Below, in pieces: positions 1 through 7,816 of a DNA stretch of 64,000 nt. Under the pieces are notes generated by a model, which saw only the letters and a list, made by a program, of their open reading frames with translations, searched no databases and was not told the origin of the DNA. Every line of letters begins with the position of its first letter. The first letter of the stretch is position 1. The position numbers and the translations under genes are program-made. The stretch spans positions 62,001 through 126,000 of the IMG/VR virus record IMGVR_UViG_3300035698_029839; one strand, 5' to 3'.

Positions 1-149
1 ATATTCAAGCGGAACCAGAGAATGAAAAATTGATACCTTCTTTTATAAAAAGGTGTTTAGATCTAGATGATAGTTATAAGTTTATAAAAGATTTACCCAT
101 GGTAAAGAGTCATAATGATAAAATTAATACAGATGGTTTTGAGGATTAG
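1..149 (+). CDS. 3' end of a hypothetical protein (partial)
   Basis: Open frame from position 3 (IQAEPENEKLIPSF...DGFED) to TAG at 147-149; not in the ORF track because it has no start in the window. Confidence 0.5.
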   Translation, partial: IQAEPENEKLIPSFIKRCLDLDDSYKFIKDLPMVKSHNDKINTDGFED

Positions 150-174
150 TTAAAGGGGGGCAGATATTTAAAAT

Positions 175-723
175 ATGAGTAAAAAAGGGCCAGTAATAAA
201 AAATACTAATAAGAGTCACAATCGTCATGGGAGTAATTGTAACGATAATAGTAGAGTTATAGTTGGCAAATCCCCTGGTGATCATATTCCTTATAGTTGG
301 TCTGTTCAAAAGTCTGTAGAGCATTATATAACTAAATATGAGTTGAAATGTTCTCTTTTACAGTTTCCTAGTAGAGCACCGTGGCAGAAGCTTCTTTCTG
401 ATAACAAAGTATCTAATGAGTTTTTAGATGTTTTTGCTAATAGGGTAATTTGGAGTGCGGTTTGTAGGTATCAAAAATTATCTGAAAAGATTATGGACAA
501 ACATGCTAATCTATTAGATTGGCCAATAGTTTCTTCTTGCCAGAAAATGTCTAAAAGATTTATTTTTAGGCATAAAAAAGAATTAGATATGGATATTGTT
601 AGTAATAGATTTTTGATTACTCAAGAGGATTTAGACCAGTGTGAGAAAGAAGAAAAAGAAAGAGTCGCATTTATGGAAGGCGGCGAGGAGATAGAAGATC
701 GTTTTGATATTTTGGATATGTAG
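175..723 (+). CDS. Tryptophan-repeat-like protein
   Basis: About 3 imperfect ~22-aa repeats (W..V...Q.LS..FI..H...LDW); acidic C-terminus ending EDRFDILDM. Confidence 0.6.
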   Translation: MSKKGPVIKNTNKSHNRHGSNCNDNSRVIVGKSPGDHIPYSWSVQKSVEHYITKYELKCSLLQFPSRAPWQKLLSDNKVSNEFLDVFANRVIWSAVCRYQKLSEKIMDKHANLLDWPIVSSCQKMSKRFIFRHKKELDMDIVSNRFLITQEDLDQCEKEEKERVAFMEGGEEIEDRFDILDM

Positions 724-740
724 AAAGGTAAGAAAACAAT

Positions 741-968
741 ATGAAAGAAGAAATGGTTAAATGCCCTATATGTCAAAGAAAAACTAATTCGTCTTTTGTG
801 TGTAATGATTGTTTGAAAGTTACTGAATCTTTTCATAAATGGATGGAATCTCTTAAAAAAGATAGAAAAAAGATGACAGATCAGGGAAGGATGGTTGCTT
901 TAAAGTCAATACTTACGAGAGTTGGAGAGGTAGGACAAAAAACATTGAGAGAATGGGGCACAAAGTAA
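741..968 (+). CDS. Small zinc-ribbon hypothetical protein
   Basis: CPIC...CNDC motif; SD-like GAAAGG upstream. Confidence 0.6.
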   Translation: MKEEMVKCPICQRKTNSSFVCNDCLKVTESFHKWMESLKKDRKKMTDQGRMVALKSILTRVGEVGQKTLREWGTK

Positions 969-1009
969 TATTTATAGATAGATAAAATGGTTAAGGAGGG
1001 TTTGGAATA

Positions 1010-1282
1010 ATGGCAGGAACTGGTCATTTTCAGTCTAATATAGGAGATGATGGAGTAAAAAGATGGAAGTATATTGGTCCTCCTATTGAGATAGTAGAGA
1101 TTCCGTTTGTGGGGGGAGTATTTAATGAGCATACTTATCGAGTAGGGAGATGTTTTTTAACTGATGATTATATTCTAAGATTAGATTTTTCTAATGATGG
1201 ATATATATACATATATGGATATGATAAAATTATGGACGCTATGATATATATAGAGAAAGAAAGGATAAACAATGAAGACTAA
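1010..1282 (+). CDS. Hypothetical protein
   Basis: 90 aa ORF collinear with neighbours. Confidence 0.55.
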   Translation: MAGTGHFQSNIGDDGVKRWKYIGPPIEIVEIPFVGGVFNEHTYRVGRCFLTDDYILRLDFSNDGYIYIYGYDKIMDAMIYIEKERINNED

Positions 1283-1350
1283 AAGTTATTATGAAACTTT
1301 AAAAGAAAATAAATAAAGGATTTTGTTCTGTAATACAGAAATAATATATA

Positions 1351-1533
1351 ATGAAAAAGAATAAAGAAAAAATGACAGAGGAAATTAGAGTTATGGTTCA
1401 ACCTTCATTATATAAGTCTTTTAAAAAAACCTGTAAGGATGATTATAAAACCATATCAGATGTAATTAGAAATTATATGGTTCAATATTCCAAACAGGAG
1501 AAAAACAATGGGAAGAGTAAAAGATATAAGTAA
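1351..1533 (+). CDS. Ribbon-helix-helix (CopG/MetJ-like) DNA-binding protein
   Basis: EEIRVMVQPSLYKSFKKTCKDDYKTISDVIRNYM fits the RHH strand-helix-helix pattern; overlaps the HNH start by 26 nt; true start may be ATG 1372. Confidence 0.7.
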   Translation: MKKNKEKMTEEIRVMVQPSLYKSFKKTCKDDYKTISDVIRNYMVQYSKQEKNNGKSKRYK

Positions 1534-2088
1534 TACGAGAGTTAATAAATTATATGTTACAGATAAAAAAGAAATTAGATTTAGTTCTAATAGTAAAAAT
1601 AAAAAAATAGAGTTTCTAGTCAAAGAAGCACTTATTGGTTATGCAGGTGTGATTGTGGAAAGGAATTATGGGTTAGGTCGGATGTGTTAGCAAAAAGAAA
1701 AAGTTGTGGTTGTGATAAACGTGCTGGAGAACTTGGAGATGGAGTAATGGGGGCTGTTTATGCTAGTTATAAAGGAAATGCCAAAAGAAGAAGTATTGAG
1801 TTTGATATATCTAAAGAATTTTTTAAAGAGATAACTAGTAAACTTTGTTATTATTGTGGCTCTCTTCCAAGTAATTATAGGTGTATAAAAAATTATTATG
1901 GAGATTTTAAATATAATGGTATTGATAGAATAGATAATAATATTGGTTATGAAAAAAGTAATTGTGTTCCGTGTTGTAAAAAATGCAATAGAGCGAAGGA
2001 TATAATGTCTAAAGATGAATTTGTAAGTTGGGTTAAAAATATATATAATAATTTGAAAAATAATGGAGTTTTAAATGAAGATAACTGA
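1508..2088 (+). pseudogene. HNH-type endonuclease split by a frameshift at an A7 tract (1601-1607)
   Basis: N-terminus MGRVKDISNTRVNKLYV is in one frame. The -1 frame after 1603 reads NRVSSQRSTYWLCRCDCGKELWVRSDVLAKRKSCGC and continues into CYYCG...GIDRIDNNIGY...NCVPCCKKCNRAK. Joined product is 193 aa. Confidence 0.8.
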
Positions 2089-2593
2089 TAAATATATATT
2101 TTTTTATGGTGGAGTTTTTTCACAATGGGCAGGGAAAAGTTTTATATTAGATGGGAGTCTTTTTGGCACAGCGGAGCAGTATATGATGTATAGAAAAGCT
2201 AAACTTTTTGGGGATCATGAATCTGCCAAAAAGATATGGAGTTCTGGAGATCCTGCAAAACAAAAAGCATTGGGAAGAAAAGTAAAAAATTTCGATAAAG
2301 ATAAATGGGAAGCAATAGCAAAGACTGTTGTTTATGAAGCAAACTGGGCTAAATTTACTCAACATAAAGATTTGCAAAAGCAATTGTTAGATACAGATGA
2401 AAAAATAATAGTTGAGGCAAGTCCTTCGGATTGTATATGGGGAGTTGGTTTGTGGGCTAATGATCCTAAGATATTAGATTCTAAAAATTGGAGAGGAACT
2501 AATTGGTTGGGTGAGGCTATAATGGAAGTAAGAAGTGTTTTAAAACAATTAAATAGTACGAATGATAATCCAGATTTAAAAATAACGTGTTAA
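2075..2593 (+). CDS. NADAR family protein (YbiA/COG3236-like)
   Basis: FSQW, TAEQYMMYRKAKLFGD, GRKVKNFD, EASPSDCIWGVG and GTNWLGEAIMEVR motifs. Confidence 0.92.
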   Translation: MKITDKYIFFYGGVFSQWAGKSFILDGSLFGTAEQYMMYRKAKLFGDHESAKKIWSSGDPAKQKALGRKVKNFDKDKWEAIAKTVVYEANWAKFTQHKDLQKQLLDTDEKIIVEASPSDCIWGVGLWANDPKILDSKNWRGTNWLGEAIMEVRSVLKQLNSTNDNPDLKITC

Positions 2594-2605
2594 AGGAGAA
2601 ATAAA

Positions 2606-2875
2606 ATGGCAGATAGTCAAAAAGAGACAGAGAAAGTAACAGAGAAAAAGAAAAAAGTTGGGATAGAGATTCATGGCCCTACAATTTTACATGGGAAGAG
2701 AGCTAGATTCATGAGGGGCGAGAATGAGGTAGTAGGTGTTTTGTTAGCAAATGATCATCAAGTTAATTCTGATAAATTTGTATTTCAATTTGTTGATAAA
2801 AATGGGACAACATGCGTTAGTCCTCTTACGAGTGATGAATTAAAGAATATTGATGAAGCATTAGTGGATTTTTAA
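2606..2875 (+). CDS. Hypothetical protein
   Basis: SD AAGGAG 7-8 nt upstream; 89 aa. Confidence 0.65.
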   Translation: MADSQKETEKVTEKKKKVGIEIHGPTILHGKRARFMRGENEVVGVLLANDHQVNSDKFVFQFVDKNGTTCVSPLTSDELKNIDEALVDF

Positions 2876-2876
2876 T

Positions 2877-3260
2877 ATGGATAAGAATGTTCTTGATATT
2901 TTTATTTTAGAAGATAGCCCAGAAAGGATAAAGTGGTTCCAGCAATTTTTTGGAGATAGTAATTTAGTTCATACTAAAGATGTTAAAACTGCTTGCGATG
3001 AGTTAAGAACTAAAGATTATGATCTTGTATTTTTAGACAGAGATCTTGGTCATCCCAAAGAGAATGGGGAGGATGTTGCATGGGTTATGAAGGAAGAACA
3101 ATTATGCAAGAATGCTTGTGTTATTGTTCATACAGTTAATCCTCGCGGACAAAGAAATATTAAAAAATATTTGGGAGAGTATCATAAGAATTTCCATATT
3201 ATTAATTTTACCCAATTGAGAAAAATGAAAAGATCTGATTTTCAAATATCAGGTTCTTAA
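2877..3260 (+). CDS. Stand-alone receiver (CheY-like) domain, cyclic-phosphate-processing REC type
   Basis: IFILEDSPERIKWF, YDLVFLDRDLG (family LDHDLG) and VIVHTVNPRG motifs. Confidence 0.75.
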   Translation: MDKNVLDIFILEDSPERIKWFQQFFGDSNLVHTKDVKTACDELRTKDYDLVFLDRDLGHPKENGEDVAWVMKEEQLCKNACVIVHTVNPRGQRNIKKYLGEYHKNFHIINFTQLRKMKRSDFQISGS

Positions 3261-4085
3261 TTTATCTCTTTGCTCTTTTTCAATTTCATCGAGTTTGTCA
3301 GGTTTATATTTTAAAGTTTTAGATATAGCCTTTAAATCTCTAATAACTTTAGAAAGGCCTTGTGGTTCCAAGCTGCAAGCTGAGTCCGTATGCAAAAATG
3401 TGCGATCATCTATAAAGTGCGTTTCAAAATATGTGGCTCCTAAAGTATATGCTACGGGGAAGATAGCAATTCCAAGAGAGTGATTACTATATCCTACTTT
3501 AGGGAATATTTTTTTTATATTTTCTATTTCTTTTAAGTAGGTTTGTTCGAAGGGAACGGGATAGCCGCTAACACAACTATAAATAACAACTTTATCTTTG
3601 TAGGGAAGTAGTTTTTTATAAAGTTCTTCTCGTTCTTTTTTAGAGGTCATTCCTGTAGAGATATGTACTTCTCCTTTATAATCATTTAATAATAGATTTA
3701 TGATTTCACGATTGTGGTTGCAAGCAGAAGGTATTTTTATAAATTTAGGATTTATATTAATTATTTCTTTTGTCGAGGCTATGTCCCACACGCTCGTGGA
3801 GTAATCTATTTCTATATTTTCACAATATTCTTTTAACTCTTTGTGTTCTTCTATAGATAGTTCTAAATTTAATCTATGTTGAAGATATGTTTCCCCATAA
3901 GAGAATAATTGATTTGGATGGGGTTTGTTCCATAGTTCTTTCTTAACAGATTTGTAAGGATTTCTTTTTTGTGTTTTTAAGATATTAGCTCCTGCTAATT
4001 TGGCTAATTTGGCTAATTTCTTAGCTCTTTCTAGTGATCCGATATGAGTCCCACCTATTTCTGCTATAAAAGTAAAGTTGTTCAT
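3249..4085 (-). CDS. neuB: NeuB/SpsE family ulosonic acid synthase (no C-terminal AFP/SAF domain)
   Basis: IAEIGGTHIG, KTQKR, IKIPSA, GYSNH and FETHF motifs; start placed at ATG 4085 because of SD AGGAG at 4093-4089. Confidence 0.88.
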   Translation of the reverse strand: MNNFTFIAEIGGTHIGSLERAKKLAKLAKLAGANILKTQKRNPYKSVKKELWNKPHPNQLFSYGETYLQHRLNLELSIEEHKELKEYCENIEIDYSTSVWDIASTKEIININPKFIKIPSACNHNREIINLLLNDYKGEVHISTGMTSKKEREELYKKLLPYKDKVVIYSCVSGYPVPFEQTYLKEIENIKKIFPKVGYSNHSLGIAIFPVAYTLGATYFETHFIDDRTFLHTDSACSLEPQGLSKVIRDLKAISKTLKYKPDKLDEIEKEQRDKLRT

Positions 4086-4100
4086 ATTTCTCCTTTTTAT

Positions 4101-4117
4101 CGATATATTATATATCG
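4101..4117. promoter_or_regulatory. Palindrome CGATATAT-T-ATATATCG in the divergent neuB/kdsC intergenic region
   Basis: Perfect 8-bp arms; contains TATAAT on the - strand; near-identical site at 28892-28909. Confidence 0.6.
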
Positions 4118-4136
4118 TCAAAAAGTGAAAAATACT

Positions 4137-4166
4137 ATTTGAAAGTGATTGTGAAACGAATATAAT
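4137..4166 (+). promoter_or_regulatory. Putative sigma70-like promoter (TTGAAA-16-TATAAT)
   Basis: ATTTGAAAGTGA...TATAAT; same 12-mer at the same spacing at 62584. Confidence 0.6.
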
Positions 4167-4226
4167 GTATTTATAGATATGGTTGAAAAAGTTATTTTAA
4201 CATAAGTCTTTATTATCTGGTGATTT

Positions 4227-4796
4227 ATGATTAGTTTTAGTGATATAAAAGTTTGTTTTATAGATATTGATGGTACATTGACTAATGGCATATATCAAAT
4301 TTCTGAAAATGGAGTAGTTACAAAATCTTTTTATACAAGGGATTTTTATGCTATTGAGAGAATAATGAAAGCAGGTATAAAGGTTGTTATATTAACTCAA
4401 TCTCATGATGGTGTGATATACAAGCAAATAGAAAGAATTTGCAATCATTCTGATTATTGGAGAGATTGTTATGAAGAAAATGGGCAGTTAACTATTTTTA
4501 CAGGAATAAAAAATAAAGAATATGTTGTAGAGATTTGTTTGCAAGCAGAAGAATTAAAATGGGATAATGTTGCTTATATAGGCGATGCTGAAAATGATGT
4601 GGGATGTATGAAAAAATCATTATATATAGGTTGTCCTAAAGATGCTATTGATGATGTGATTAGTGAGGTGGAAGATAAAAAACTTGAAGAGGTAGAGGGA
4701 GAAGGATGGAGATCTACATTTAATGGTGGTAAGGGTGCTGTTCATGAAATATGTTTAAAAATTTTAAGGGAAAAAAGTGAGAATTTTAAAACCTAA
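4227..4796 (+). CDS. kdsC: KdsC/YrbI-family HAD phosphatase (Kdo-8-P or KDN-9-P phosphatase-like)
   Basis: DIDGTLTNG, GDAEND and GGKGAVHE motifs. Confidence 0.88.
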   Translation: MISFSDIKVCFIDIDGTLTNGIYQISENGVVTKSFYTRDFYAIERIMKAGIKVVILTQSHDGVIYKQIERICNHSDYWRDCYEENGQLTIFTGIKNKEYVVEICLQAEELKWDNVAYIGDAENDVGCMKKSLYIGCPKDAIDDVISEVEDKKLEEVEGEGWRSTFNGGKGAVHEICLKILREKSENFKT

Positions 4797-5121
4797 TACA
4801 GGCGAAAAAGTTGTTCCAATTGCTAAGTATCATGTATATATTTTTGCGACAGATACTAAGAATAAGTTTTTTCTAAAAGAAATAAAAGTTGATCATGGAC
4901 AACATACTTGGGAATGGGTTTCATTAAGGACAGATCGTTTTATTGATATAACTAATATAAGTGGTAATTATTGTTCTTTTGATCACGCTATCAATAAGGC
5001 AGTCAATGATCCCTATAGTACAGTTTATGAATTTGATAATTTTGATGAAGTGTTTAGTAATTGGGAAGATATTAAGTATGTTGATAGTATAATAACTATT
5101 TACACTAGCGTAGATAGTTGA
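4777..5121 (+). CDS. Hypothetical protein
   Basis: GTG start overlapping the kdsC end; 114 aa. Confidence 0.55.
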   Translation: MRILKPNTGEKVVPIAKYHVYIFATDTKNKFFLKEIKVDHGQHTWEWVSLRTDRFIDITNISGNYCSFDHAINKAVNDPYSTVYEFDNFDEVFSNWEDIKYVDSIITIYTSVDS

Positions 5122-5168
5122 AAGAAAATAGAAATTTAATTAAAAGTTAATTAAGGAAAGGATTTGAT

Positions 5169-5558
5169 ATGAGTTCATATCATGTTGTAGAGGTCGGTTT
5201 TAAAGATGAGTCATTGTTAATTCAATCTCTTAAGGAGTTAGGTTATGCTCCAACCATGCATAAAGAAGGGGTTCAATTATCTAATAGCTACAGTAAAAGT
5301 GCAGCTAAGGTTCAGATTGTTGTCCCTAAGTCACAATTTAATGGATCTTATGGAGATCTGGGTTTTGAGAAAACTAAAAAGGGTTTTACAATGCATGCAG
5401 ACCATATAGATATTTCAAAATTTAATTTAAAAGGTCTTAATAAGACATATGCAGAGAACAAATTGAAAAGATTTGTTAGTAGTACTGCACGATTTAACGT
5501 GTTCTCTCGTAGAGAAAAAGAAAATGGTCAGGTAGAGGTTCAATTGAGATTACAATAG
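5169..5558 (+). CDS. DUF1257 (Ycf35-like) protein
   Basis: N-terminal MSSYHVVEVGFKDESLLIQSLKELG, then DLGFEK and C-terminal GQVEVQL. Confidence 0.7.
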   Translation: MSSYHVVEVGFKDESLLIQSLKELGYAPTMHKEGVQLSNSYSKSAAKVQIVVPKSQFNGSYGDLGFEKTKKGFTMHADHIDISKFNLKGLNKTYAENKLKRFVSSTARFNVFSRREKENGQVEVQLRLQ

Positions 5559-5573
5559 TTGTAGGAGTGGTAT

Positions 5574-6272
5574 ATGTCTAAGATTAAAGGCAAAGCAAGA
5601 GCAAACGCTAATAGAAAAAAGAAAAATAAACAAAAAAATGATTTTTTCTTAAGACGGAAATCTCTCATAAAAGAAATTAGGAAATATGATGATCCCGCAT
5701 TAGTATATAAGTGCGAGGTAGTTTCTGAGAGCGATAGTGATATAAAAAATATCTTTAAGAAAATGAAACAAGTTCTTAATGTTACTGATAATGGAGTTGG
5801 TTTGGCTGCTTCTCAAATCGGAGTACTTAAAACAATGGTTATTATAAAGCCAGATTCTAATTCCGCTAGCATAACGTGCATGATTAATCCTGAGATAGTT
5901 TCTCATTCAGAAGAAATGAAATTTGGACGCGAGGGATGTCTTTCTTATCCAGAAACATTTGCTTTTATAGAGAGATTTACTTCGATTAAAATTTCTTATT
6001 TTGATGAAGAGTGGAAGAATCATGTTGTAGAATATAAAGAGGGTGATATTCTTGGGATTGTTGTTCAGCACGAATTAGAGCATCTTAGCTTCGGCCATTG
6101 CCAGGTTTATGGGTGGTGGAAAGATCCAGAAGGTAAGAAAAAAGAGTTAGAAGAAAGAATGAAAAAGAAAGAAGAAACTCAAGAATCATCTTCAAGTTAT
6201 GCGATAGAAGAATCTGAAGATAGAAAAAGAGAAAAAGAAGAGGAGGAGAAAAAAGAGAAAAAGAATGATTAA
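5574..6272 (+). CDS. def: Peptide deformylase with basic N-terminal and charged C-terminal extensions
   Basis: GVGLAASQIG, EGCLS and QHELEHL motifs; SD AGGAG upstream. Confidence 0.92.
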   Translation: MSKIKGKARANANRKKKNKQKNDFFLRRKSLIKEIRKYDDPALVYKCEVVSESDSDIKNIFKKMKQVLNVTDNGVGLAASQIGVLKTMVIIKPDSNSASITCMINPEIVSHSEEMKFGREGCLSYPETFAFIERFTSIKISYFDEEWKNHVVEYKEGDILGIVVQHELEHLSFGHCQVYGWWKDPEGKKKELEERMKKKEETQESSSSYAIEESEDRKREKEEEEKKEKKND

Positions 6273-6606
6273 ATCTATAAATGATGACAAATGGTTTGGG
6301 ATTCAAACTCCTGATAATATAGTGTGGTGGATAACAAATGATGAACATGATTCATGGATGACGTTTTTTTGTCGTGATACATCTAAAGGAGGAGCTGCAT
6401 ATCATCATTTGCCTATAGCAGAAGCAATAAGAGCTTATGAGTCCATTGGGTATAAGTGTGTAGAACTTGAAGTTACTATTAAAGAGAAAAAATTATTTAG
6501 AGAAGAATGTATTACTTGTGATCATATGGTTAAGGGAGAAAAGGGAGAAGCATGTTGTGATAGAGAAATCTGTAAATTTGAAGAGAATGATGGTATTTCT
6601 TCTTGA
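6265..6606 (+). CDS. Hypothetical protein with Cys-rich C-terminus
   Basis: ATGA-type overlap with def; CITC...CC...C. Confidence 0.6.
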   Translation: MIKSINDDKWFGIQTPDNIVWWITNDEHDSWMTFFCRDTSKGGAAYHHLPIAEAIRAYESIGYKCVELEVTIKEKKLFREECITCDHMVKGEKGEACCDREICKFEENDGISS

Positions 6607-6631
6607 CAATTATCTTAAAATATGATATAAT
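6603..6631 (+). promoter_or_regulatory. Consensus sigma70 promoter with extended -10
   Basis: TTGACA (6603-6608), 17 nt spacer, TG at 6623-6624, TATAAT (6626-6631); predicted +1 is about 6638, the A of the ATG. Confidence 0.88.
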
Positions 6632-6637
6632 ACTGTA

Positions 6638-7483
6638 ATGACTAATTTAAAATTATATAAAGAATCTTATGAGGACAAAGAATGCTTACTTTGTCCTCAT
6701 TTTTGTTTATTAAAGAATGGAGAAACTGGTAAATGTCGTGTTCGTAAAAATGATGGAGAAAAAATAGTATTAACTAATTATGGAATAATTACTTCTATGA
6801 CTATTTCTCCTATAGAAATAAAACCTTTTAAACATTTTCTACCAGGGACTAAGATTTTGAGTGTTGGAGGGGTAGGGTGTAATTTAAATTGCAAATTTTG
6901 CGAAAATTTTAAACTTAGTCAAAATAATAATTTAGAAGGAAAATATATTTCTCCTGAAAATATTGTTTTAGATGCCATAGAAAAACATTGTGAAAGTGTT
7001 TGTATGTCATTTAATGAACCTACTATCTCTTATGAGTTTTTAATGGATTTAGCAGAAGAATGTCATAAAAAAGATTTAAAATTTCTTCTTAAAACTAATG
7101 CGTTTATTAATAAAGAGCCATGGAGGGAGATATGCAAGGTAACAGACGCGATGAATATAGATCTTAAAGCAGGGACTAAAGAGAGTTTTAAAGCAATTAC
7201 TGGTGCTTATCAATATGTAACAAAAGATAGAATTAGAGAAGCATATGATTTAGGTGTTCATATAGAGACTAGTATTCCTTTATATTATTCTGATGATATT
7301 TTAGATAAAGAGGTTAATAATATAGGAGAATTTTTGTCATCTATTGATAAAGATATTCCTTGTCACTTGCTAAGAATCCAACCTGCGTATAAATATAGTG
7401 ATTTCATTTTTAATCCAGAGAATATGAAAAAGGCTAAAAACATATTATCAAAATATATGAATAATATATACGAAGTCATTTAG
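6638..7483 (+). CDS. amrS: AmmeMemoRadiSam-system radical SAM enzyme (PflA-like), short form
   Basis: CLLCPHFC, GKCRVR, PIEIKP..HFLPG, GCNLNCKFCEN and NEPTI motifs. Confidence 0.85.
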   Translation: MTNLKLYKESYEDKECLLCPHFCLLKNGETGKCRVRKNDGEKIVLTNYGIITSMTISPIEIKPFKHFLPGTKILSVGGVGCNLNCKFCENFKLSQNNNLEGKYISPENIVLDAIEKHCESVCMSFNEPTISYEFLMDLAEECHKKDLKFLLKTNAFINKEPWREICKVTDAMNIDLKAGTKESFKAITGAYQYVTKDRIREAYDLGVHIETSIPLYYSDDILDKEVNNIGEFLSSIDKDIPCHLLRIQPAYKYSDFIFNPENMKKAKNILSKYMNNIYEVI

Positions 7484-7510
7484 TAAGCTACATTTCTAAA
7501 AAATGTATTT

Positions 7511-7544
7511 AAGCCTCTTATCTATTAAATAAGAGGCTTTTTTT
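7511..7544 (+). terminator. Rho-independent terminator
   Basis: Perfect 11-bp stem AAGCCTCTTAT/ATAAGAGGCTT, 7-nt loop, T-run ending at 7544. Confidence 0.88.
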
Positions 7545-7619
7545 ACGCTTGTAATTTATTTTATATTTTTTTTAAAAAATAAAAAGGTAATTCATAGAAT
7601 AGTTAGAATTGTATATTTA

Positions 7620-7639
7620 TATTATGCGCGTATTATGCG
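7620..7639 (+). repeat. Direct repeat TATTATGCG x2 (11-bp period), candidate RHH operator
   Basis: Copies at 7620-7628 and 7631-7639, ending 9 nt before the RHH ATG. Confidence 0.5.
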
Positions 7640-7648
7640 TATATCATT

Positions 7649-7816
7649 ATGAAAGATAGAAAAATGGAAAGATATCATTTATACGTAACTTCTCGTCAAA
7701 AAAAACTCTTAAAGAGCAAATCGAAAGAGATAGGAATTTCTTGTGCAGAGTTGATTCGTAGAGTTTTGGACAAATATATAGATCAAAAAGAGAGGGAGGG
7801 GAAGAATGGAAAGTAA
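7649..7816 (+). CDS. Ribbon-helix-helix protein (55 aa, below the ORF-track cutoff)
   Basis: Translated by hand: MKDRKMERYHLYVTSRQKKLLKSKSKEIGISCAELIRRVLDKYIDQKEREGKNGK; overlaps the HNH start by 11 nt. Confidence 0.75.
   Translation: MKDRKMERYHLYVTSRQKKLLKSKSKEIGISCAELIRRVLDKYIDQKEREGKNGK

Noticed and set aside
3994-4020. 9-bp tandem repeat (GCTAATTTG-like) in neuB
   Set aside because: It encodes KLAKLAKL in a helix of normal family length, so there is no sign of expansion
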